Shown: piece after piece, positions 1-10,296 of the stretch
How the letters are laid out: each line of letters opens with the position of its first letter
How positions within the stretch are numbered: the first letter of the stretch is position 1
Source: Convolutriloba macropyga
Taxonomy: Eukaryota
DNA length: 64,000 nucleotides
Reading direction: 5' to 3'
Assembly: GCF_964194025.1 (NCBI RefSeq)
Contig: NC_134472.1
Location: forward strand, 44,206,001-44,270,000
Notes under the pieces: generated by a model
Told to the model about the DNA's origin: nothing
Database searches by the model: none
Seen by the model: the letters and a program-made list of their open reading frames with translations, nothing else
Position numbers and translations under genes: made by a program

Positions 1-34
<34 letters not shown>
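1..34. repeat. (TGT)n microsatellite; the (ACA)n 3' tail of the adjacent minus-strand LINE
   Basis: Perfect tgt repeats at the window start, about 45 bp downstream of the LINE ORF2 stop on the minus strand. Confidence 0.85.
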
Positions 35-2640
35 GGGGATTTACAGCTGTGCTGAAGGGTCTAAAGTCCCAGTCATCAAATTAAAATAATGTCCAATAGC
101 TTCTACAGTTTTGACAATCGCAGAACAATTGCCAAGTGCAAATATTTCGCTCAGAAAATTTCTTCATGAAAAATTTCTACACTGTACGTAATATTCGGTT
201 TTTCAGTCCAGATGGTTCCCTTAAATTTATTAAATTTTCTAGGCGGTTTGCAATTCGACAGGTTTTAAAGGTGAATTCGCTGCGCGCTTTCTCTGTTCGA
301 GTTTTCGTCATTTTAAAATTTCGTTGTTCCTTGTTTCCTTCGTATGTACTTCAGGTAGCTCGATGCTGCTATTCTCTTCATTCAAAGCTTTTGAAACCAG
401 CAATAGATCGTTAAGTTGGATAAACATTGGTAATGGCAATGTGTTTAATAGTCGAAGCTGGCTTTTGTATTCTGTATGTTTATTTCCCGTTATCCATTTG
501 ACTACCTTATTTTGAAACTGAAACTTGTCCAGAATTTGAATTTCAATTCTTCCTGCAGTCAAGCACGTGAAACCATACAGCAATACCGACAAAATTAAGG
601 ACTTATATAATCCCAATTTCCCAAACGTGTTTACTTTAGTTGCAACATTTCGCTTAAGCATGTACAGAACTTTATTTGCTTTCTTCATTCTTTCTTCAAT
701 ATGTTGTTTCCACGATACATCAGCCGCCACGCGAATACCAAGATCTTTGACAGTCGTGGATTTCGCGAAATCTTTTCCCATCAATTTGTACTGTTGGTCT
801 CTACCTCTGAAATTCAGATACGCACACTTGTCTATTGCCAGCTCCATTTTATTTTGGATTATCCAGTTCTCAATCCCATGTAGATCATCTTGGACTTCCC
901 AGTAGCTTCTTTGTACAGCCAAAATTTTAAGATCATCAGCGAAGATAAAGGGCTCAGAAAACATCAGGACATCTGGAAGATCGTTAATAAATATACAGAA
1001 CAGTATAGGGCCTAGGAGTGACCCCTGTGGTACCCCGCTTGTTCTATCGAGTATCTTCGAAATGGTATTGTCCACACGCACATATTTTTGTCGATCACTC
1101 AAGTAGTCGATTAAAATTTCGAGCAAACATCCTCCAACTCCAATGTCAATCAATTTTTGAATTAACTCATAATGTGGTACTTGGTCAAAAGCTTTTGAGA
1201 AGTCAGTGTAGAAAGCAATAATCTCTGATTGAGGGTCGTGATCAAGAGCTTCATATATTCTTTTGAGAAACAGCAGCATATTTGTTTGAACAGATCTTCT
1301 CCTTACAAAACCATGTTGACTCTTAGTTAGGAAATTTTGAAAATGATCATACAAGGCAATGTATATACATTTTTCCAGAATCTTGCTATCAATGTTCAAT
1401 AGTGAGACAGGCCGGTAGTTTTCAACTTTTCTTCGGTCTCCTTTTTTGAAAATAGGCGTTATGGCAGCAACTTTCAAGCTATCGGGTTGTTTCCGCATCC
1501 TTTTTATGTTCCGAAGGACAGAATGCATGATGTTGCAGAGATTCTTGCTCGTCTTTACGTAAAAAACCGGAGGTATACCGTTCGGTCCTCTGGATTTTGT
1601 GGCATCAATATCATCCATTATATTTCTGATGGTATTCTTCGAGATGTCAAAATTTGTAAGAGGGTTTCTGTACTTTGAAATCTTTCAAACTGAAATTAGT
1701 TTTTGGGGAGAACACGGAGTGAAAAAATTGATTTAACATAATTACTTGTTCGCATCGAAGTGAACTTTGCTTGGTATCATTCATCAAAACCTTGGGCAGG
1801 CAGGCAGATTTGTTTAGGCTTTTCAGATGTTTAAAAATTCTGTCTGTATTTCTGGATCCCAGTAAATTTTCTTGGTACACAACTCTGTCTTCTTCAGCTG
1901 AATCAGTGACTTGGATTTCCAGTTTTAGAACCAACTGTTTTCTGTAAGATGTTGGTTTATTCTCCAATAAACGTTTCTGTGTCTTCAGCTTATTAATCAA
2001 ATTTGAAGTACCACAGGAAATCCAAGGTGGCAGTGATTTCCTATGCCTTGTTCTTTTCGGGACATACAAATCAAAAATTCCGTCAAGCCTTGTGAATTCT
2101 TCTCTCATTTTGTTGATGTTGGTGTAACAAATTGACTGGAACGGTTTTTCAACAAGATGCTCGTTTATAGCGTCATAGTCAGCATACCCAAAACTTCTAA
2201 AGTTCTGTATTAATGGTTTTGTTTCAGTAACTGGGTTTTCTAAGGATAGACGAATAGCTTCATGGTCAGTTAGATTATAGATCGATGGAAAAGATTTGTC
2301 TAATTCAGCGGATAGATGACAATTTATCCAAGATGTTGTTTCCACATGTCGGGAAGTCCATAATTTGCCGAAACAATTTCTCTTCAAACATTTCGATGAC
2401 TTTGTCTTCAGTCTCGTTGGGACTATACAGTTTCTTCCAGTTTGCTTCTGGAAAATTAAGGTCTCCACAGATGACAATTGGTTTGTTTTTAGGAATGTTT
2501 CTCAGGAGCAGTTGGAAGTCCTCTACCGTGTATCGAAATGAGCTTGATATGGGTGGATTGTAGAACGCATATAGAAATACTTGAGTCAGTCAGAGTAATT
2601 TTACACGCTACACATGAGTTGGGTAGAGTGGAATTTATTA
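1..2640 (-). mobile_element. 5'-truncated CR1-group LINE (APE endonuclease + reverse transcriptase), frameshifted
   Basis: ORF 308-1618 has RT motifs NYRPVSLL, QHGF, DFSKAFD, GVPQGSLLGP and FADD. Upstream minus-strand frames give APE motifs (FYNPP at ~2560, ICGDLNF at ~2470, TDH). The C-terminus reads WQLFCDCQNCR with a stop at ~81, followed by a simple-repeat tail. Confidence 0.9.
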
Positions 2641-2830
2641 GATTTCAGCGATCTAACGCGAGATCTAACGCTAGTGTTCAGCGATCTAACGCGAGATCGA
2701 AAAAAAATTGAAAATCAATTTGAGTTAGATAGTTCAAGAGCACTGGTGCATTAAAAATTTATTGTTCATAACTAATTAATGGCTCTCGAACGAAGTTCAT
2801 AGCAATTATTGTAAAATTGTGTGTCTTTTT

Positions 2831-3203
2831 AATTGCTCTTGAACGAAGTTCATAGCAATGATTGTACACGTGTTGGTCTTTTTTTATGCAAATCTTTCGC
2901 TTGATCATTTTGCACTATTCTTCTAGAACATTCTTTGAGTTCGTTGATCATTTTTGAGTGATCTCTATTGCCCTCAATCTGTAGTAAAGCTTGTTGCTAA
3001 TATAAAATTGGTTGAGGCATTGCAAAATTAAGTGACTCATGGCGCAGTGGTTAGTGCGGGTGGTTATGAAGCGGGAGGTCAATGGTTCGAATCCCAGCGG
3101 GGAAAGATTTTGCACCCATAAAGAAAAATTGCTTTAGGCTACAGACCCTCAATTAAATTGCCTCGCCTGTCGAGCAGTTCTTCTGACTTTTGTCGGTTTG
3201 TTT
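2831..3203 (+). mobile_element. Non-autonomous Helentron-like element (HINE family 1) with tRNA-like cargo, nested in another family-1 copy
   Basis: 5' aattgctcttgaacga...agcaat (subTIR + IR). Degenerate 3' subTIR followed by hairpin ctgac-tttt-gtcgg. A second 5' end lies at 2778-2830 and its core sequence resumes after 3203. Confidence 0.7.
3034..3105 (+). pseudogene. tRNA-derived sequence with Pol III A and B boxes (not a functional tRNA)
   Basis: A box tggcgcagtgg (3040-3050) and B box ggttcgaatcc (3084-3094). Acceptor and anticodon stems do not pair. Confidence 0.75.
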
Positions 3204-4139
3204 TTTATGCAAAATTTTTGCTGGAATGTTTTGAATTTTCGAGTGACTTTTACGCTCTTGACTTTTGCGTATCGCGCTTTTTTAATTGTTGTCTCCATCG
3301 ATTATTCTTACGACCTGACTTCTTGGAATTGACTTTTTCAATGACTCCAGTGACTTCTACTGCAGGTCAATTGTGCGACTTTCCTCACTCGAAAAAAATC
3401 TAAGTAGTGCCAAACTTATATGCCCTAATTCTTTAGTGCTAGTCTTGAGTTTTTGATTTCATATCAATTTTGAAAAGCTCTTTTAAGGCTTTTTCCTTAT
3501 AGACCGTATGTGTCATAAAATTGACAGTCCGAATCTATGCCACAAAGTTTAGTTGTCTATTAAAGGACTGGTGGTCGATCTGTCTATCTAATTTCTTTAG
3601 TTGTTTCAATTCATGGAAAGCCACCAGCGTCTATCGTGGCTATTTTCCGGCAATCTGCCGGCTATGTTTTGCAATTTGACTTGTTATGCTAAGAATTTGA
3701 CTTGAGTTGGGGCACTGTCTTTCTTACGTTTCGAGGAGGAATATTGGTCGAGCGTCTTTTCTTTCTTGACCGGTAATTTTGTTGTGTATTTGAAACAGGA
3801 AACGAAACGCATGAAAACAAAGTTCTTAGGGCAAATTGCTGAAGACAATTTTTAGCGGAAAGAGTGCCTTTCTGTTCATGTCGCATTTTTGAGACAGAGC
3901 GAGCAAAGTAGGTGTGACAATTTTCTCTGGGCGAGCCGTTTTCGGTTTATACTAAATTTTTTGGCCGAAGTCTGTTTTTCTCATTAATATTTAATCAGCA
4001 AATTTTGAGAGATGTTTGAACTTTTCTTCTAGAACATTCTTTGAGTTCGTTGATTGCTTTTGAGTGATCTCTATTGCTCTCACTCCGCAGTAAAGCTTGT
4101 TGCTAATAAAAAATTGGTTGAGGCATAGCAAAATTAAGT

Positions 4140-4220
4140 GACTCATAGCGCAGTGGTTAGTGCGGGTGGTTATGAAGCGGGAGGTCAATGGTTCGAATCC
4201 CAGCGGTGGAAAGGTTTTTT
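4140..4220 (+). pseudogene. tRNA-derived sequence, copy 2, followed by a T6 run
   Basis: tagcgcagtgg and ggttcgaatcc boxes; tttttt at 4215-4220. Confidence 0.75.
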
Positions 4221-4840
4221 GCACCCATAAAGAACAATTGATCTAGACTACAGACCCTGACTTAAATTGCCTCGCCTGTCGTTCAAGAGCAATTCTTCCG
4301 ACTTTTGTGGGTTTGTTTTTCATGCAAAATTTTCGCTGGACCGTTATGACTTTTCGAGTGACTTTTACGCCCTTGACTTTTTCGTTTCGCGTGATCTAAA
4401 ATTCTCTCTCAAACACAATGTCAAGCAGCTGAACTCAGTTGGCGGCAATTTAATACTAAAAGTCAACTGAAAAGTGCGCTGAAACTTGTGCCATTTTTCA
4501 TTTAAAATCTTAGTAGTGGTATATGTTAACCTCTAATGTGGTTATTTGAAGCGCACTATTGAACTTCTTAGTCCCATTTGGACCCCCCCCCCCGACTGAA
4601 GCAGGCTGCAATTGATTAGAGCGCCCACTAGTCGTTCGAGCAATTCTTCCGACGTTTAGTCGGTTATGTTTTGTTTTGGCATTAAACCTATAATTTTCTC
4701 GTTATAAAGCGGAAGAGTGAAGATTTTCCAATAGTTAAAGTAAAGTTCTGCATTTCATTAACCGCCACGAAGCGATATCCAAATTTTTAATGGAGTCATC
4801 TTGGTTATTTTTCACGTACAAAAGGTGAAAATTGGTTTTT

Positions 4841-5127
4841 AATTGCTCTCAAACGAAGTTTAGCAATTATATTGGTCCTGTCGGTCGTTTTTTATGTGGT
4901 TTTTCGCTTGCCTGGTTTCCGCTTTCACAGAAACTGTTTTGGAGACTTATACTTGTGGTTTGAAGGGTGCTTTTCATTGGTTAACCCCATCACTTCACCC
5001 ACCCCCCCATTTGGTGCAGCCAAAGACAATCCTCCCACCGTTGCCCGCCCCCATAGCTAGCTACTGAGGAAGCCAACCGCTCGCCGGTCATTTGAGAGCA
5101 ATTCGCCCGACGTTAGTCGGTTATGTT
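4841..5127 (+). mobile_element. HINE family 1, complete short copy
   Basis: 5' aattgctctcaaacga + IR agcaatt. 3' tcatttgagagcaatt + hairpin ccgac-gtta-gtcgg + ttatgtt. Confidence 0.8.
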
Positions 5128-5143
5128 CTATCGTTTTATTTTT

Positions 5144-5515
5144 AATAGCCGCGAACCTGATAGTGGCTATTATTGGGGACATCGTGGTTTTTTTTAATTA
5201 ATTGTCTCCATCGATTATTCTGACGACCTGACTTCTTGGAATTGACTTTTTCAATGACTTCAGCGACTTCTACTGCTTTGCAGTTGAAATTCGTGTGCGT
5301 GACGTCATTTCTGCTTTTAGGTCAATTTTTTAGGGCTTTTTCTTTAGAGACCCTATGTGTCATAAAATTGACAGTCCGAATCTAAGCCAAAAAGTTTATT
5401 TGTCTATTAAAGGACTTGTGGTCGATCTGTCTATCTTACTTCTTTAGTTGTTTCAATTCATGGAAAGCCACAAGCGTCTATCGTGGCTATTTTCCGGCAA
5501 TCTGCCGGCTATGTT
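5144..5515 (+). mobile_element. HINE family 2
   Basis: 5' aatagccgcga + IR gtggctatt. 3' tcgtggctatt + hairpin ccggca-atc-tgccgg + ctatgtt. Confidence 0.8.
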
Positions 5516-5957
5516 TTGCAATTCAAAGAATTTGACGTGAGTTGGGGCACTGTCTTTGGTCGAGCGTCTTTTCTTCTTGACCGGTAATTTTGTTGTGTAT
5601 TTGAAACAGGAAACGAAAAGCATGAAAACAAAAATCTTAGGGCAAATTGCTGGACAATTTATAGCGGAAAGAGTGCCTTTCTGTTCATGTCGCATTTTTG
5701 AGACAGAGCGAGCAAAATTGGTGTGACAATTTTCTCTGGGCGAGCCGTTTTTGGTTTATACTAAATTTTTTGCCCGAAGTCTGTTTTTCTCATTAATATT
5801 TAATCAGCAAGTTTTGAGAGACGTTTGACCATTTCGCACTCTTCTTCACGAACATTTATTGAGTTCGTTGATCATTTTTGAGTGATCTCTATTGCTCTCA
5901 CTCCGCAGTAAAGCTTGTTGCTAATAAAAAATTGGTTGAGGCATAGCAAAATTAAGT

Positions 5958-6038
5958 GACTCATAGCGCAGTGGTTAGTGCGGGTGGTTATGAAGCGGGA
6001 GGTCAATGGTTCGAATCCCGGCGGTGGAAAGGTTTTTT
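5958..6038 (+). pseudogene. tRNA-derived sequence, copy 3, followed by a T6 run
   Basis: Near-identical to 4140-4220. Confidence 0.75.
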
Positions 6039-6659
6039 GCACCCATAAAGAACAATTGATCTAGACTACAGAACCTGACTTAAATTGCCTCGCCTGTCGT
6101 TCAAGAGCAATTCTTCCGACTTTTGTGGGTTTGTTTTTCATGCAAAATTTTCGCTGGACCGTTATGACTTTTCGAGTGACTTTTACGCCCTTGACTTTTT
6201 CGTTTCGCGTGATCTAAAATTCTCTCTCAAACACAATGTCAAGCAGCTGAACTCAGTTGGCGGCAATTTAATACTAAAAGTCAACTGAAAAGTGCGCTGA
6301 AACTTGTGCCATTTTTCATTTAAAATCTTAGTAGTGGTATATGTTAACCTCTAATGTGGTTATTTGAAGCGCACTATTGAACTTCTTAGTCCCATTTGGA
6401 CCCCCCCCCCCCGACTGAAGCAGGCTGCAATTGATTAGAGCGCCCACTAGTCGTTCGAGCAATTCTTCCGACGTTTAGTCGGTTATGTTTTGTTTTGGCA
6501 TTAAACCTATAATTTTCTCGTTATAAAGCGGAAGAGTGAAGATTGTCCAGTAGTTAAAGTAAAGTTCTGCATTTCATTAACCGCCACGAAGCGATATCCA
6601 AATTTTTAATGGAGTCATCTTGGTTATTTTTCACGTACAAAAGGTGAAAATTGGTTATT

Positions 6660-6961
6660 AATTGCTCTCAAACGAAGTTTAGCAATATTAGTCCTGTCGG
6701 TCGTTTTTTGTGTGGGTTTTTCGCTTGACCGACTTTCGCTTTCACAGAGACTGTTTTGGAGTCTTATACTTGTAGTGTGAAGGGGGTTCTCAATGGTTAA
6801 ACCCCCCCCCCCCAACCACTGCACATGGTTCAGGCCGGAAGGGCCCCGTGCAGCCAAAGACAATCCTCCTACCGTTGTCCACCCCCCTGGCTAGCTATTG
6901 AGGAAGCCAACCGCTCGCCGGTCGTTTGAGGGCAATTCGCCCGACGTTAGTCGTCTATGTT
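6660..6961 (+). mobile_element. HINE family 1 copy
   Basis: Same termini as 4841-5127, with a C-rich centre. Confidence 0.8.
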
Positions 6962-6977
6962 TTATCGCTTTATTTTT

Positions 6978-7458
6978 AATAGCCGCGAACCTGATAGTGG
7001 CTATTATTGGGGACATCGTGTTTTTTTTAATTCATTGTCTCCATCGATTATTCTTACGACCTGACTTCTTGGAATTGACTTTTTCAATGACTTCAGCGAC
7101 TTCTGCTGCTTTGCAGTTGAATTTCGTGTGCGTGACGTCATTTCTGCTTTTAGGTCAATTGCTTGATTTTCCTTACTCAAAAAAAATCTAAGTAGTGTCA
7201 AACTTATATGCCCTAATTCTTTAGTATTAGTCTTGGGTTTCTGGTGTCGAATATCAATTTTGAAAAGCTTGTTTAGGGCTTTTTCTTTATAGACCCTATG
7301 TGTCATAAAACTGACAGTCCGAATCTAAGCCAAAAAGTTTATTTGTCTATTAAAGGACTGGTGGTCGATCTGTCTATCTTATTTCTTTAGTTGTTTCAAT
7401 TCATGGAAAGCCACAAGCGTCTATCGTGGCTATTTTCCGGTAATCTGCCGGCTATGTT
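6978..7458 (+). mobile_element. HINE family 2 copy, longer internal region
   Basis: Same termini as 5144-5515. Confidence 0.8.
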
Positions 7459-7787
7459 TTGCAATTCAAAGAATTTGACTTGAGTTGGGGCACTGTCTTT
7501 CTTACGATTCGAGGAATTTTGGTCGAGCGTCTTTTTCTTGACCGGTAATTTTGTTGCGTATTTGAAACAGGAAACGAAACGCATGAAAACAAAAATCTTA
7601 GGGCAAATTGCTGGACAATTTATAGCGGAAAGAGTGCCTTTCTGTTTATGTCGTATTTTTGAGACAGAGCGAGCAAAGTAGGTGTAACAATTTTCTCTGG
7701 GCGAGCCGTTTTTGGTTTATACTAAATTTTTTGGCCGAAGTCTGTTTTTCTCATTATTATTTACTCAGCAATTTTTGAGAGATTTTT

Positions 7788-8201
7788 AACTGCTCTCGAA
7801 TGAAGTTTCAGGCTTTTTTGTAAATATGTTGGTCTTTGTAATGGAAAAGTTTCGCTTGAACGTTTTGACTTTTGAGTGACTTTTGCGCCCTGACATTTTC
7901 GTGCTGCGTGATCTAAATTTCACTCTGTCATAAAAGTCAGTTACTGAATTCAATTTGCGGCAGTTTACTACAAAAAGTCAGACGAAAAGCGCTCCCAAAT
8001 TTGTGTCATTTTTTCACTTAAATTCAAATTTTTGGGGGGGTTTTAGTGGTATATAATAACATCTAATGACGTATTTGAAGCCCCCCCCCCCCAAGTGAAT
8101 TTAGTTACAACAACCCCCCCCCCCGACTGAAGCAGGCTGTAATTGATTTCAGCTCCCACTAGTCATTCGAGTGCAATTTTTCGACGTTAGTCCGTTATGT
8201 T
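7788..8201 (+). mobile_element. HINE family 1, variant subfamily
   Basis: 5' tgctctcgaatga pairs with 3' tcattcgagtgca. Degenerate hairpin cgacgttagtcc + ttatgtt. Confidence 0.7.
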
Positions 8202-8474
8202 TATTTTGAACATCTGAGGCAATTATCGCGCTTTAAAATCCAGTTTTGACCTGATTTCGTTTTTTTGCCATTTTAGATGTTTTTGTATGCTTTTTCAACT
8301 TTTTAAGGTCTTTTGTTTAAAGCTGATCTTTTTATTATTAGTAGTCTGATGAAATTTGTGATCTGCTCAGGTTTTGGCTTTTTTTATAAGAAATTTGCGC
8401 CTTTTTTAATTAATTTTGAAGTTTTTTGCCTGTTCCGTCTGTTTCCCGTTAGTTTCCCATTAGTTTTTCTTGTT

Positions 8475-8876
8475 AATTGCTCTCGAATTAGAAGCAATTA
8501 TTGTAACCGTGTGTCTTTTTAATGCAAATTTTTCGATTGAACGTTTTGCGCTTTTCTTCAAGAATAATCTTTGACTTCTCAAGTGACTTTTTCACGCACT
8601 TTTTCTTGGTTTTCAAATGGTTTCAATTTCTCTCAATTCGAAATAAATTTTGTTGTTCGAACAAAACCGATTGTTAGAAACTTGGCGACAGGTCCCTGGT
8701 AGCCGAGTGGTTAATACCTCCGTCGAATCGACGGAATCGGGAGGACGGGATTCGAATCCTACTTTCGGATGATGGTTTGGTACCCATAATAAAATTGTCG
8801 CGGCTACAGCCCCTGAATTAAATGGAGCCGCTTGTAATTCGAGAGAATTTTTTTCGACGGTAGTCGGTTTATATTC
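8475..8876 (+). mobile_element. HINE family 1 variant carrying a second type of tRNA-like cargo
   Basis: 5' aattgctctcgaatta + IR agcaatt. 3' taattcgagagaatt + hairpin cgac-ggta-gtcg. Confidence 0.75.
8691..8770 (+). pseudogene. tRNA-like sequence of a different type
   Basis: A box tagccgagtgg, B box-like gattcgaatcc, and internal hairpin ccgtcga/tcgacgg. Confidence 0.6.
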
Positions 8877-9032
8877 AAGATTTCATTTAGAATTTTTTGG
8901 GAGGAAGACTGGAGGAGGGAAGAGGAATGAGGACACAAATTAAAGAGAATTTTTGAAGGGTCTCTTTGGAACATTTTGAGACAAAACTTTTTTTGAGATT
9001 AAAGTTTTTCATTACAGCGCTCCTATTTTTTT

Positions 9033-9543
9033 TACAATTCAAAGAATTTTGAATTGTATTGGGGCGCTGTCTTTTCACACATCTTCATGATTTTTGAAGT
9101 CAAATGGAGTAGTGATTTTGGTCACCACGAAACATGAAGTGAAGCGAAAAAGCGAGTGGTTTTGCGGCATGATTTTTTTTCACTCTAATTTTAAAGTAGA
9201 GTGGGAAAGCGGTGCTTTCGGTAGTGGTTTTTGTTCACATGCGGCAATTTCGCTTTGATTTTACTGTTTTTTTCAATTTTTTGGATCGTATTTTTTCTAA
9301 ATGGTTTTCCCAATCCATTCATAGTTTCTTCTACGCCTAGTTTTTTGTTTTAGCCAAATTTTCATTTCTCGCTAGTTGTTTGTTCAAATGCGGCATTTTG
9401 ACATTGATTTTCTGTTTTTGTTTTTTGATCTGATTTTTTGGAAATGGTTTTCCCAATTCACTAATAGTCCGTTCTAGGTCTGGTTTTTTGTTTAGTCAAC
9501 GAAAATTCTTTGAATTGTACGTCAGGGCTTGTCCTGCTATGTT
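9033..9543 (+). mobile_element. HINE family 3
   Basis: Perfect 18-bp subTIR pair: tacaattcaaagaatttt (9033-9050) and aaaattctttgaattgta (9502-9519). 5' IR ttgaattgta; 3' hairpin cagg-gcttgt-cctg + ctatgtt. Confidence 0.8.
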
Positions 9544-10296
9544 TTTTTTACCTCGTCGAATAAAATTCTTTTGCTTTACCTTAGTTCAGATTGTTCAACA
9601 TTTTGCTTGAAACCTATTTGACTTCTCTAGGCTAGTTTCACTCTTCTCACGTTCTGCTTAAAGTGTTTTTAGAAGCAGTTGCTCAGCAAAGCAATTCAAA
9701 ATGAACAGAGTCTGTATCAAAAAACGAAGTCGGAATTAGAAACGGGATAAATCCATAAAGCTTAATTTTAGATGCCAGTTACTCGAACTTTGTTCTTGGT
9801 TACCTTCTGTAATGCTTATTGGTATTGATATCTGCCCCTGTATGGTCTCACTACGAAAAAAAGTTTGTTTAGCTCCAAGATGACATCAAAATTGTTCACA
9901 CTTGTAAAATTATTTGTACAAAAATCATTTTTTCAATAGTTTTTTCTCTTTTTTCAATCCCAATTTTGGTTATTGGAGTCAACGGCGGCTATTTTCTGGC
10001 AATCTGCCGGGTATGTTTATTTTTTGGTTTTTTTCTCCCTCGGTGTCCCTTGCGTGTAAGTTTTGTGTTGTTTTTTTCCTATCGTTAATCGTTTATTAAT
10101 AGCCGCACAGCGATATCGGGGGCTATTATTGCGCTTCTCTTGGTTTTTCCGTCAAGATTTTTGTTACGACCATATGACGTCACAACCACTTCAAATCTGC
10201 TTTTTGTTCATTCGTTCATGCAATTTTAACGGTAGTGCGTGCGTGATGTCATTTTTCGCTCTTAGTGGAGCGATTTTTTTGTTCATTTGCGTGATT

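Larger units (their letters stand above)
3280..7790 (+). repeat. Tandem duplication of a ~1.8-1.9 kb composite made of stacked HINE elements (~2.5 units)
   Basis: Identical 67-aa spurious ORFs at 4267 and 6085 (offset 1818). The shared block ctatcgtggctattttccgg occurs at ~3631, ~5478 and ~7421. Confidence 0.9.

Noticed and set aside
136-2563. Plus-strand ORFs over the LINE (similarly 13389-14815 and 57799-58191)
   Set aside because: Antisense shadows of minus-strand coding sequence.
3034-6038. Three functional tRNA genes
   Set aside because: A and B boxes are present, but acceptor and anticodon stems do not pair and the copies sit inside repeats.
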